From an uncultured cyanobacterium (GTDB lineage: Bacteria > Cyanobacteriota > Cyanobacteriia > Cyanobacteriales > CAWUOF01): a stretch of 64,000 nt of DNA. The DNA is taken from contig CAVUSO010000001.1 of the NCBI GenBank assembly GCA_963744145.1, positions 256,001-320,000 on the forward strand, written 5' to 3'. Within the stretch, counting starts at the first letter, position 1, and every line of letters starts with the position of its first letter. Below the pieces are notes generated by a model. The model was not told the DNA's origin. It saw only the letters and a list, made by a program, of their open reading frames with translations, and made no database searches. Positions 10,702 through 19,073 of the stretch are shown one piece after another. The position numbers were made by a program, and so were the translations under genes.

Positions 10702-11751
10702 ATGGTTATGGATTTTGGTAACTGCCCTCAACTTGGCACTGCATTAGTAGAAGTTTTTCGTGAATTTGGTACACTTAGTAATGCAAAAGCTATGAGGTGG
10801 CTAAAGCCCAATGATACAGTGGCAACACTGGGTAGAGCTTTTAATATTCCAATATGTGTTCCACCATATTTCAAGCCTGTTAAAGTCAGAAATATTCCTA
10901 TTTTAGATAATAATCCAGGAGAGTTAAAAGCGTTAATCAACTATATAGATTATAGAAGACTTATAACACCACCAATAGGAATTCTTCCTGTTGATCTTCT
11001 GGATAATGAAACAAGGAAACAAGTTTTTGAATTTATTAATGTAATTACAGATGTGTCTATTTCAGAAGCATTTCCAGAACTTTTTATAGGTCATACGGAA
11101 AGGCTTTCTTCTGGAACTGATACTTTTAGAGATGGAATTAAGAAGCTGAGAGAGCGCCAGGTAGATGAAATCAATAAAATAAGCCGTCGTTATCGAACGC
11201 TACCTGTATTTAATGATAACAGAACCTTAGTGGGGATGCTTTCTTATACCAATGTACTCAGAAAAATTCAGGAAAATTGTGAAGGGTTTTTGGGTGAGAG
11301 AATTGTCTATACGAAAGCTGAAGACCTCTCCACTCTGCCTGGGAATCAAACCCTGTTTAGAGCAGCTGAGATATTAGCAAATGCTCCATTCACTCACATA
11401 CCCATCATAAGATCAGATAGTTCGGAGATTGTTACAGGAATTGTTGATGATTTAATGATTGAAAGTTATCAACATCCGATACTTTTTGAGTCTTTTAAAG
11501 AAAAACTGTTTTTGGAAAAGATTCAAACTCCAATTACAGACGATAATACAGTCACGCTAACTAGCACTGTTCGGGATGTTATAGAAAAGTTTTTAACTAT
11601 TACTTTTCCAGAAAGACCTACAGCTATCTTAGTTTGCACAAAAAGACAAGGAGGAAACTTTGTTCTCGACGGTATTGTTAGCTATACAGACATATTCAAG
11701 CAATTTGAAGCATGGCGAGAAGGTAATATTCAACACAATCGTGAAGAGTAG
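10702..11751 (+). CDS. CBS-domain protein (about four divergent CBS repeats)
   Basis: IPILDNNPGELKALINYID; LPVFNDNRTLVGMLSYTNVL; IPIIRSDSSEIVTGIVDD; LDGIVSYTDIF; AAGGAG RBS upstream. Confidence 0.8.
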   Translation: MVMDFGNCPQLGTALVEVFREFGTLSNAKAMRWLKPNDTVATLGRAFNIPICVPPYFKPVKVRNIPILDNNPGELKALINYIDYRRLITPPIGILPVDLLDNETRKQVFEFINVITDVSISEAFPELFIGHTERLSSGTDTFRDGIKKLRERQVDEINKISRRYRTLPVFNDNRTLVGMLSYTNVLRKIQENCEGFLGERIVYTKAEDLSTLPGNQTLFRAAEILANAPFTHIPIIRSDSSEIVTGIVDDLMIESYQHPILFESFKEKLFLEKIQTPITDDNTVTLTSTVRDVIEKFLTITFPERPTAILVCTKRQGGNFVLDGIVSYTDIFKQFEAWREGNIQHNREE

Positions 11752-11898
11752 TCAAAATCTTACTTATGACTCTAATTAAGTTAATTAGCTGGCGACTACC
11801 TCTTTGCCCAGTATAATACGATTATTTCCTAAAAGCGATCGCCCCTCTCCTATTCCCAATCTCAAAGTGCGATCGCTAGTTTTTTGATCAACGATAAA

Positions 11899-12243
11899 TT
11901 ACACATATAAAAGCTGATTGGCAATTTCATCAGCTGTGAGCGTATTTAACAAAATAGCAACCCTTTGGACAATCTCATAGGCGTTCTTTTGCGGAATTAC
12001 AATAATCCCAGAATGTTCTCGTCCTTCTGTCATATATTCTAAGTGTAATTGCTCAAAATCCACGCGATTGTGAGTGAGCAAACATCGCTCAACAGATGCA
12101 GCATAAGCCAATTGTTGGCGATCCAATTGACTCAACATTCCCTGTTCGATCGTAGTCGTCACATCAAAACCTCTAGCCCGCAGCAAAGTAGCGACAAGCT
12201 TAGAAACATCTTCATCTGTATAAATACTTGCGAACAGTTTCAC
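11899..12243 (-). CDS. DUF5615 PIN-like toxin
   Basis: YTDEDV..LRARGFDV..LLTHNRVDF..HSGII; coupled to DUF433 gene. Confidence 0.85.
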   Translation of the reverse strand: MKLFASIYTDEDVSKLVATLLRARGFDVTTTIEQGMLSQLDRQQLAYAASVERCLLTHNRVDFEQLHLEYMTEGREHSGIIVIPQKNAYEIVQRVAILLNTLTADEIANQLLYV

Positions 12244-12533
12244 AGTTTTATCATTCCAGCTTTAACAGCAGGATGAATCAATTCTTCAGGAATTCGATTG
12301 CGCTCAATATAAGTATTTATTTCTTCCTGATTATCCAAATAAAAACTCAGTACGTCAAAAATTTGAGCTAATTTCAGATGAGGTAAGTGCATCGGGATTT
12401 CTTCAGGAGTAATACCTAAACGCCACAATTCTACGATCGCACGAACCGAAGTTCTCGTTCCTGCGATAATTGGTTCCCCTTGCAATATTTCCGAGTGACG
12501 TGTGACATAACGTGAAGCAGATTGTATAGTCAT
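12240..12533 (-). CDS. DUF433 antitoxin
   Basis: ILQGEPIIAGTRTSVRAIV..PEEI..PHL. Confidence 0.9.
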   Translation of the reverse strand: MTIQSASRYVTRHSEILQGEPIIAGTRTSVRAIVELWRLGITPEEIPMHLPHLKLAQIFDVLSFYLDNQEEINTYIERNRIPEELIHPAVKAGMIKL

Positions 12534-12653
12534 GGGAGATTAACCGCACATATCGATCTTGATTATAGCTTACGCTAAAACATCTTTTTTGCCAAGCGCG
12601 ATCGCTCTTTCCTAAGTTAAAATATAAATTGTCAGATTCAGAAAGGACAAGCT

Positions 12654-12878
12654 ATGCCCGTAAACTGGAGAGAACATATCGTTAGTACCCCCGATGTACT
12701 GCGAGGTAAACCAAGAATCAAAGGAACTAGAATTCCTGTCAGTCTCATTTTAGGTTATTTAGCATCAAATAATACTGTCGAATATATTATTTCGGAATTT
12801 CCCAATCTAGTTAAAGAACAGATAGATGCTTGTCTTGATTACGCTCGCGATTTGTCAGACTTTGAAACGGTTGCCTAA
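12654..12878 (+). CDS. DUF433 antitoxin
   Basis: PDVLRGKPRIKGTRIPVSLIL..EFPNL..CLDYA. Confidence 0.9.
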   Translation: MPVNWREHIVSTPDVLRGKPRIKGTRIPVSLILGYLASNNTVEYIISEFPNLVKEQIDACLDYARDLSDFETVA

Positions 12879-13005
12879 TGAGCTTAAGATTGTTCATCGA
12901 TACAATGCGTGCCTAAATCTATTATTCAAATCTTTCGTGATACTAATCATGAAGTTTTTTTATTGAGAGATTACATCCCAATTTAATCTCCAGATATTAT
13001 TGTCG
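12878..13005 (+). pseudogene. Decayed, truncated DUF5615 PIN toxin
   Basis: ATG overlaps DUF433 stop; with one base removed reads MSLRLFIDQCVPKSIIQIFRDTNHEVFLLRDYIPI*SPDIIV. Confidence 0.7.
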
Positions 13006-13048
13006 AATTCCAGCATTGAGAAATTCGTTTCGCCTTTTTTATTCTATC

Positions 13049-13507
13049 TTACCCAAGCGATCGCCCTTCTTGCAAATCCCACAAAAACCACGAATTTTCA
13101 ACAACTGTATATTTACCAATAACACTCAATGGTAACACTTCCCCACTCCCAAGCACATCAACAGAAATTCCATCTCGAATCATAATTTTAAACACTTCAT
13201 TCCTACATTCAATTAAGCTTGCATCTAGTTCAAGAATTTGACCCTCTTCATTCAATACACCCAGTAAATCTGAAGTAGATAAACTAAATACATCTTGAGT
13301 ATTACCTTTCTTAGTCAACTGATCGCCACTCTTTCCAGTAGCATCAATAGCGGAAATCAACTATTCATTAGATAGAGGATAATTTTCAGCTAAATATTCA
13401 ACAATTTTAGCAACTCTGGATTCTATTTTTTCCTGTTCTTCACAGCAGAGTGTAATGGCCCACTTTTGCCTAGCATTTTGGATCAAAGTAGAAGTTTGAG
13501 ATTTCAT
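13049..13507 (-). pseudogene. Decayed duplicate of the 15751-16188 gene
   Basis: Colinear at offset 2681 bp; TGG->TAG at NEW(M), and original stop TAA->CAA. Confidence 0.85.
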
Positions 13508-13636
13508 AATGGTTCTGGTATACTATTTCTAGTAGGAGTTACACCAGTAATATTTGGTATCCACCTATATTGATGAGGTGACAGGCAATCTAATTTTATT
13601 ATTTTGAGGTAGTCCACTTAATTAGTTTATCACTTA

Positions 13637-14437
13637 TTGGAAAAAAAGCTGATGTTAAAAATTATTAACTGTCCCACAACCGTTGCAGTTAAAAAAACTT
13701 TTTCGATTACAGGAAAAGTTGACCCTATTCATATTGGTAGATACTTGTTATTAAACATAGACAACCAAATTAGTTTGACCGGACCATTAGTAACCGAGAC
13801 TGGTTCTTGGGAAATAGATATAGCATTTCGTCAAGCAGGTAATCATCGGATAGAAATTACCCTTGATTGTGAAAAAAATCAAGTAATAATTCAGGTTATT
13901 AACGAAATATTATCGGAATATTCGGGAGATATTGTCCTATTTTATCTTAGTCAAAAACCCAACTTTCAGGGACGGATGATTGATGAAATTTGGTCTTGGG
14001 ATTATCAAAAACTTGAATATGTCCATAATTATATTCAGTGGCTTTTTCCAACACTCGGAAAAAGTCGCTTCAACCCAACTGTACCTACTTTAAATAGTGA
14101 AACTATTCAAGCTTTCCGAACTCATGAAGAATTAAAATTACGTTTATTCAAATCTTTTAAAATTATGCTCAAATTTTATGGGCTAGAATGTAATAAGTGG
14201 GACAGTCCTGAAATTAAAATTATCAAATCTGAAGAATATCAATCGAGAAAGAATAATTGGATTACTAAAGGAAATCATAACTATCTGCGGATTACTCGAA
14301 TTATTAGTTGCTTAAATACTCTGGGATTAAACAAATATGCACGGGCTTTTTTCCAATGTTTAACACTGATCTACCAAGAAGAAAAAACTAACATTAGTAG
14401 TGATACTTTTATGTACTGGCAAAATGCTATCAAGTAA
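13637..14437 (+). CDS. OGFr (opioid growth factor receptor) conserved-region protein with beta-rich, Ig-like N-terminus (likely start 13652)
   Basis: LEYVHNYIQWLFP, MLKFYG and HNYLRITRII motifs. Confidence 0.8.
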   Translation: MEKKLMLKIINCPTTVAVKKTFSITGKVDPIHIGRYLLLNIDNQISLTGPLVTETGSWEIDIAFRQAGNHRIEITLDCEKNQVIIQVINEILSEYSGDIVLFYLSQKPNFQGRMIDEIWSWDYQKLEYVHNYIQWLFPTLGKSRFNPTVPTLNSETIQAFRTHEELKLRLFKSFKIMLKFYGLECNKWDSPEIKIIKSEEYQSRKNNWITKGNHNYLRITRIISCLNTLGLNKYARAFFQCLTLIYQEEKTNISSDTFMYWQNAIK

Positions 14438-14472
14438 TACTGATTAAGCTTACATTTGCCCCTAAGCACCCT

Positions 14473-14808
14473 TTAACTAACCGCAAATTCTGTGTATTTT
14501 CTCATTTCTGGGGAACGGAATCCCAAAATAATTCTATCTTTGGGGATTCCAGCATTGAGAAATTCGTTAGCAATTCCATCTTCCGTACCATCTCGATGAA
14601 TCCAAATTTTTCCATCGATAATTTCTACATGAATTAAACAACCGTGAACTTGTCGCACGTCCTCCCAACCCAAAATCATGAGCAGATAGCGATCGCTTTG
14701 GGGATCAAATACCGGATGTCGCTGAATATCTCCATAAGCGTAGGGTATTTGAGCATATTCGGTAATGATCGAACAGATAATTTGACGGTACTTTTCTAAG
14801 CTATCCAT
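14473..14808 (-). CDS. xisI: XisI family protein
   Basis: HGCLIHVEIIDGKIWIHRDGTEDGIANEFLNAGIPKDRIILGF. Confidence 0.93.
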   Translation of the reverse strand: MDSLEKYRQIICSIITEYAQIPYAYGDIQRHPVFDPQSDRYLLMILGWEDVRQVHGCLIHVEIIDGKIWIHRDGTEDGIANEFLNAGIPKDRIILGFRSPEMRKYTEFAVS

Positions 14809-15212
14809 TTCAAAATTACCTCCTTTTGAGGTTGAAAAACCATGAGCTTTACCCGATTATTCCTAAGTAATAGCTTACCAATAGGTTCTTCAAATAATCC
14901 TTCATATATTTCATGATGAACCGCAACATAAAGTTCTCGCTCTGGTTCGATTTCTGCTAAAACATCATGATACACAATATACTGACCAATTGCTTTTTCT
15001 AGTTCGTTCATTTCTGATGCACCTATAAAGCTTTTGATTTCTACAGCAATTTTACGTTCAGCTTTTTCAGCAGCGATGAGTTTTTGAACCCCTAAATCTA
15101 CATACATATCCTTAGTACCCCATTTTAGGGTAAGGGGATCGTGAGTAATTGTCCAGTTATCTTTAAGTAAAGCATTTTTGACACAGTTGTGGTAAATGTC
15201 TTTAGCAGGCAT
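14796..15212 (-). CDS. xisH: XisH family protein
   Basis: MPAKDIYHNCVKNALLKDNWTITHDPL..IAVEIKSF..AIGQY. Confidence 0.93.
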   Translation of the reverse strand: MPAKDIYHNCVKNALLKDNWTITHDPLTLKWGTKDMYVDLGVQKLIAAEKAERKIAVEIKSFIGASEMNELEKAIGQYIVYHDVLAEIEPERELYVAVHHEIYEGLFEEPIGKLLLRNNRVKLMVFQPQKEVILKWIA

Positions 15213-15278
15213 AATTATAATCTTTGAGTTCAGCTTCAGAGCGTGAATTTTATGGTAAAAATTAAATGAGGGTTATGG

Positions 15279-15411
15279 CAATACGGTTCGTTTAAGGATG
15301 TTTTGGGAGATATCAACAAAGAAGGGTGAAGCATTCGGATCTAATATTACTCGTGTGAGCGTTCAATTGTCGCCCGAATGCTTCACCCCTACAACTAACC
15401 GAACCGTATTG
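15279..15411. mobile_element. 133-bp MITE with perfect 10-bp target-site duplication (Nezha-like)
   Basis: CAATACGGTTCGTTTAAG...CTAACCGAACCGTATTG flanked by AGGGTTATGG at 15269-15278 and 15412-15421; internal GGGTGAAGCATTCGG/CCGAATGCTTCACCC palindrome. Confidence 0.85.
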
Positions 15412-15671
15412 AGGGTTATGGGGCACGATCGCAGGTTAGCGCGGATTTGCTCTATAGCTGTAATCCCATCTACAACCTCATCTCGTTGGGATGCTTCCCA
15501 ACCAAGCATTGCGTCTCGCTGGAGTTCAGGAAGTCGTCCCTGATCAATATCTTCTTGCTGTTCGAGTAGTTGAATTCCTGCGAGAATGACTTCGATCGCG
15601 CTTTTATATTTGCCACTCATCAGGTGACGCTGTACGAGGGCTTCGGCTTTAGGTGATCAAACAATTTGCAT
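15363..15671 (-). pseudogene. ParD-like ribbon-helix-helix antitoxin with a nonsense codon and a MITE in its 3' end
   Basis: ATG at 15671 reads MQIV*SPKAEALVQRHLMSGKYKSAIEVILAGIQLLEQ; no toxin partner follows. Confidence 0.7.
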
Positions 15672-15750
15672 GGTGTTTGAGAGAATAGGAGTTGATTTTA
15701 TTATAGGCGATCGCCTTTTTTATTCTATCTTACCCAAGCGATCGCTCTGC

Positions 15751-16188
15751 TTACAAATCCCACAAAAACCACGAATTTTCAACAACTATATATTTACCAA
15801 TAACACTCAATGGTAACACTTCCCCACTCCCAAGCACATCAACAGAAATTCCATCTCGAATCATAATTTTAAACACTTCATCCCTACATTCAATTAAGCT
15901 TGCATCTAGTTCAAGAATTTGACCCTCTTCATTCAATACACCCAGTAAATCCGAAGTAGATAAACTAAATACATCTTGAGTATTACCTTTCTTAGTCAAC
16001 TGATCGCCACCCTTTCCAGTAGCATCAATATCGGAAATCATCCATTCATTAGATAGAGGATAATTTTCAGCTAAATATTCAACAATTTTAGCAACTCTGG
16101 ATTCTATTTTTTCCTGTTCTTCACAGCAGAGTGTAACAGCCCACTTTTGGCTAACATTTTCGATCACAGGAGAAGTTTGAGATTTCAT
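15751..16188 (-). CDS. Hypothetical protein, probable immunity protein
   Basis: 145 aa; start overlaps the 3' end of the upstream toxin-like ORF. Confidence 0.55.
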   Translation of the reverse strand: MKSQTSPVIENVSQKWAVTLCCEEQEKIESRVAKIVEYLAENYPLSNEWMISDIDATGKGGDQLTKKGNTQDVFSLSTSDLLGVLNEEGQILELDASLIECRDEVFKIMIRDGISVDVLGSGEVLPLSVIGKYIVVENSWFLWDL

Positions 16189-16505
16189 AATGGTTCTGGT
16201 CTGTTATTTCTAGTAGGAGTTCCACCAGTAATATTTGGTATCCACCTATGTTGGTGAGGTGGTGATAGATGATCTGGGCGAAGATTACCATTAGGATAAG
16301 TAGGACTGGTAAAATCTAAATCTCTCACAGGCTGTCCAGACGCATCAAATTCTCGCATCTGATAAATCCTCTGGTTATAAGTATCCCATCTTAATTGAGA
16401 GTGCGGTCCTCTAGCATTTGGATCTGGCTTTGCTTCTCCAAGTCTAGGTGGTAGCTGGCTTTTAAGTACAAGTGTACCATCTGCATAGCGCGAGTGGACT
16501 GACAA
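16185..16505 (-). CDS. Stand-alone polymorphic-toxin tip-like protein (Ntox24-like, tentative)
   Basis: GPHSQL..YQMREFDASGQPVRDLDFT..PHQHRW..TGGT resembles Rhs C-terminal nuclease tips. Confidence 0.55.
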   Translation of the reverse strand: MSVHSRYADGTLVLKSQLPPRLGEAKPDPNARGPHSQLRWDTYNQRIYQMREFDASGQPVRDLDFTSPTYPNGNLRPDHLSPPHQHRWIPNITGGTPTRNNRPEPL

Positions 16506-16711
16506 TCTAATTTTATTATTTTAAGGTAGTCAACTTAATTATTTTATCACTTATTGGAAAAAAAATAATCGCTATTTACCTCCTTTTGAGATCGGGATCG
16601 GAAAATGGGCCAGTTTCTGGTAAAATGAAACAGCTCTGATAGATTTGCCTAAATATGAAAAAAAATCTGATAATTAATCAATAATAAATAGTGAACTATA
16701 AATTATAAACA

Positions 16712-18439
16712 ATGAGTGTTGATAAACCTTTAGGAGCAGTTATTCAAGGTTCTCTGAGTCAGGGACTAGAAGTCAGATTGCACGCAGATGTTTCTGTAGA
16801 AGATATGCGAGTCGGCAAATTTTTGGTAGTACGCGGAGTCTACTCTGACTTTTTCTGTATGATGACAGATGTCTCTTTAGGAGCTTCTAGTACCCGAATT
16901 TTTGCTAATCCTCCTCAACCAGAAGATTTGTTTCTCCAAGAAGTATTAGCTGGAAGTGGCACTTTTGGCACAATTAATCTGACACCAATGCTCATGCTCA
17001 ACCGGGAACCAACCCAGAAATTCTTCTTTAATCAGACTCCCAATGGTACAGCTAAACAGCAAACAACCAGTTTAGCCTCATTTCAAGCAAATACTAGCCA
17101 ACCGATGGAATTGTTACCTGTGAAAACTATTCCTTGTCACTTTTCCCAAGTATATGATGCGAATGAGCAAGATTTTCGCGCTGTCTTTGGCTGGGAAGAT
17201 GATCCGACTCGACGCAATTTCGCGATCGGACAACCTTTAGATATGGATGTACCAGTTTGTATCGATCTCGATCGCTTGGTAGAACGTAGTAATGGTGTCT
17301 TTGGTAAGTCGGGAACTGGTAAATCTTTTCTGACGCGGTTACTATTATCAGGTATTATCCGCAAGCAGGCAGCAGTTAATTTAATTTTTGATATGCACTC
17401 GGAATATGGTTGGGAAGCTGTCTGTGAAGGGAAAAAGTTTAGTACAGTTAAGGGTTTGCGACAATTATTTCCTGGACAGGTACAGATGTATACCCTTGAT
17501 GCTGAGTCTACTCGGAGACGGGGTGTGCGTGATGCTCAGGAACTTTATCTAAGTTATGATCAAATTGAAGTAGAAGATATTAGTCTGGTGCAACGTGAGC
17601 TAAATCTCTCGGAAGCAAGTATAGAAAATGCGATTATTCTGCGGAATGAGTTCGGTGATAGTTGGATTTCCCACTTGTTGGATATGACTAATGAGGATAT
17701 CCAATTGTTTTGTGAGGAAAAACGGGGTAATACCTCTTCGATTATGGCCCTTCAGCGCAAGCTCATTCGTCTCAGTGAATTAAAATATATGCGTGCTAGA
17801 TGCCCCCATAATTATGTTGGGCAGATTTTAGATTATTTAGAAGCTGGTAAACACGTTGTGATTGAATTCGGCTCCCAGTCCAATATGCTTTCCTATATGT
17901 TAGCGACCAATATGATTTCTCGTCGCATTCATAAAGCTTATGTACAAAGATCAGAGCGGTTTTTGCAGACTAAAAATCCCCTTGATCGTCCCCGTCAGTT
18001 AGTGATCACGATTGAAGAAGCTCACCGTTTTCTTGATCCTGCAACTGTCCGTCAAACAATTTTTGGGACGATCGCCCGGGAAATGCGAAAATATTTTGTG
18101 ACCTTATTGGTGGTCGATCAGCGTCCTTCGGGGATCGATAATGAAGTGATGTCTCAAATTGGTACTCGGATTACCGCTTTGCTTAATGATGAAAAGGATA
18201 TCGAGGCAATTTTTACAGGTGTTTCTGGTGGTGCTAGTTTACGTTCAGTCTTAGCTAAGTTAGATTCTAAACAACAAGCTCTCATCCTGGGTCATGCTGT
18301 CCCCATGCCCGTTGTTGTCCGGACCCGTCCCTACGATCAGACTTTTTACGAAGAAATTGGTGAACCTTGCTGGGAAGAAAAATCTGATCAAGAGGTTTTT
18401 GATGAAGCTGATTCAGCTTTAGCCGATTTAGGATTTTAA
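16712..18439 (+). CDS. HerA-like ATPase (HAS barrel + DUF87)
   Basis: VFGKSGTGKS, IFDMHSEYG, IEEAHRF, AREMRKY, DQRPS. Confidence 0.92.
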   Translation: MSVDKPLGAVIQGSLSQGLEVRLHADVSVEDMRVGKFLVVRGVYSDFFCMMTDVSLGASSTRIFANPPQPEDLFLQEVLAGSGTFGTINLTPMLMLNREPTQKFFFNQTPNGTAKQQTTSLASFQANTSQPMELLPVKTIPCHFSQVYDANEQDFRAVFGWEDDPTRRNFAIGQPLDMDVPVCIDLDRLVERSNGVFGKSGTGKSFLTRLLLSGIIRKQAAVNLIFDMHSEYGWEAVCEGKKFSTVKGLRQLFPGQVQMYTLDAESTRRRGVRDAQELYLSYDQIEVEDISLVQRELNLSEASIENAIILRNEFGDSWISHLLDMTNEDIQLFCEEKRGNTSSIMALQRKLIRLSELKYMRARCPHNYVGQILDYLEAGKHVVIEFGSQSNMLSYMLATNMISRRIHKAYVQRSERFLQTKNPLDRPRQLVITIEEAHRFLDPATVRQTIFGTIAREMRKYFVTLLVVDQRPSGIDNEVMSQIGTRITALLNDEKDIEAIFTGVSGGASLRSVLAKLDSKQQALILGHAVPMPVVVRTRPYDQTFYEEIGEPCWEEKSDQEVFDEADSALADLGF

Positions 18440-18471
18440 CTGAGAAACCTGCTTAAATCAATATATTAAGT

Positions 18472-18587
18472 CAATATGATTCAGTTAAGGATATTTTTGG
18501 GGATCTCGGCAGCAGAAGGGTGAAGCATTCGGAGCTAATGTTACTGGTCTGATCGTTCCCTTGTCGCCCGAATGCTTCACCCCTACA
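18472..18587. repeat. Partial copy of the same MITE/REP family
   Basis: CAATATGATTCAGTTAAGG left end plus GAAGGGTGAAGCATTCGG..CCGAATGCTTCACCCCTACA; right TIR not evident. Confidence 0.7.
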
Positions 18588-19073
18588 AATTGGTTCGGCG
18601 ATCGTCCGGATTTCCCCCCTACTCAATCAATAATTACAGATTCATAATAGAAAGAGAGCAAGATCAGTTCAATTAATTGGGCCTAAGTGACAAAAGGGAA
18701 AATTATACAGAGTTCTTAGCGAGAATTTTAAACAAATCTACCAAATTGCCGCTCAGAAAATGAACCTTTTGCCCTTTACAGTGGTCTAAATTTTGTAATA
18801 CAATAAAGAAAAGCAAACTCATAACGATTTTGAGTTTTAAGATCTTGTAACCAGACCCCAGTCATTGAAAGTGGGGAGTATCAGGATGAAGGTGAGAAAT
18901 AAAACAATAAGCAAAGAAGCTTCTAGCCATTGCCATTTGCTTAGGTGAGAAAAGTTAGACCCCTATTTTAATCAAGTTCAGTCATTCCGTCAGAATTCAG
19001 ACGGATGATTTCCCATCGGGAATATCGCATGAACGTGATTTTGTGATCAGATTAAGGAGTTCACGGTTACATC

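Noticed and set aside
14473-15212. xisH/xisI as evidence of an fdxN-type excision element
   Set aside because: No recombinase or interrupted nif gene in the window; XisH/XisI pairs are commonly scattered in cyanobacteria
16712-18439. HerA as part of a Sir2-HerA or similar defence system
   Set aside because: No partner gene adjacent; it has HIP1 sites and looks like the conserved cyanobacterial HerA-like gene
18590-19073. Long sigB upstream region as ncRNA or riboswitch
   Set aside because: No recognisable RNA family motif or NtcA box found by eye; cannot be supported
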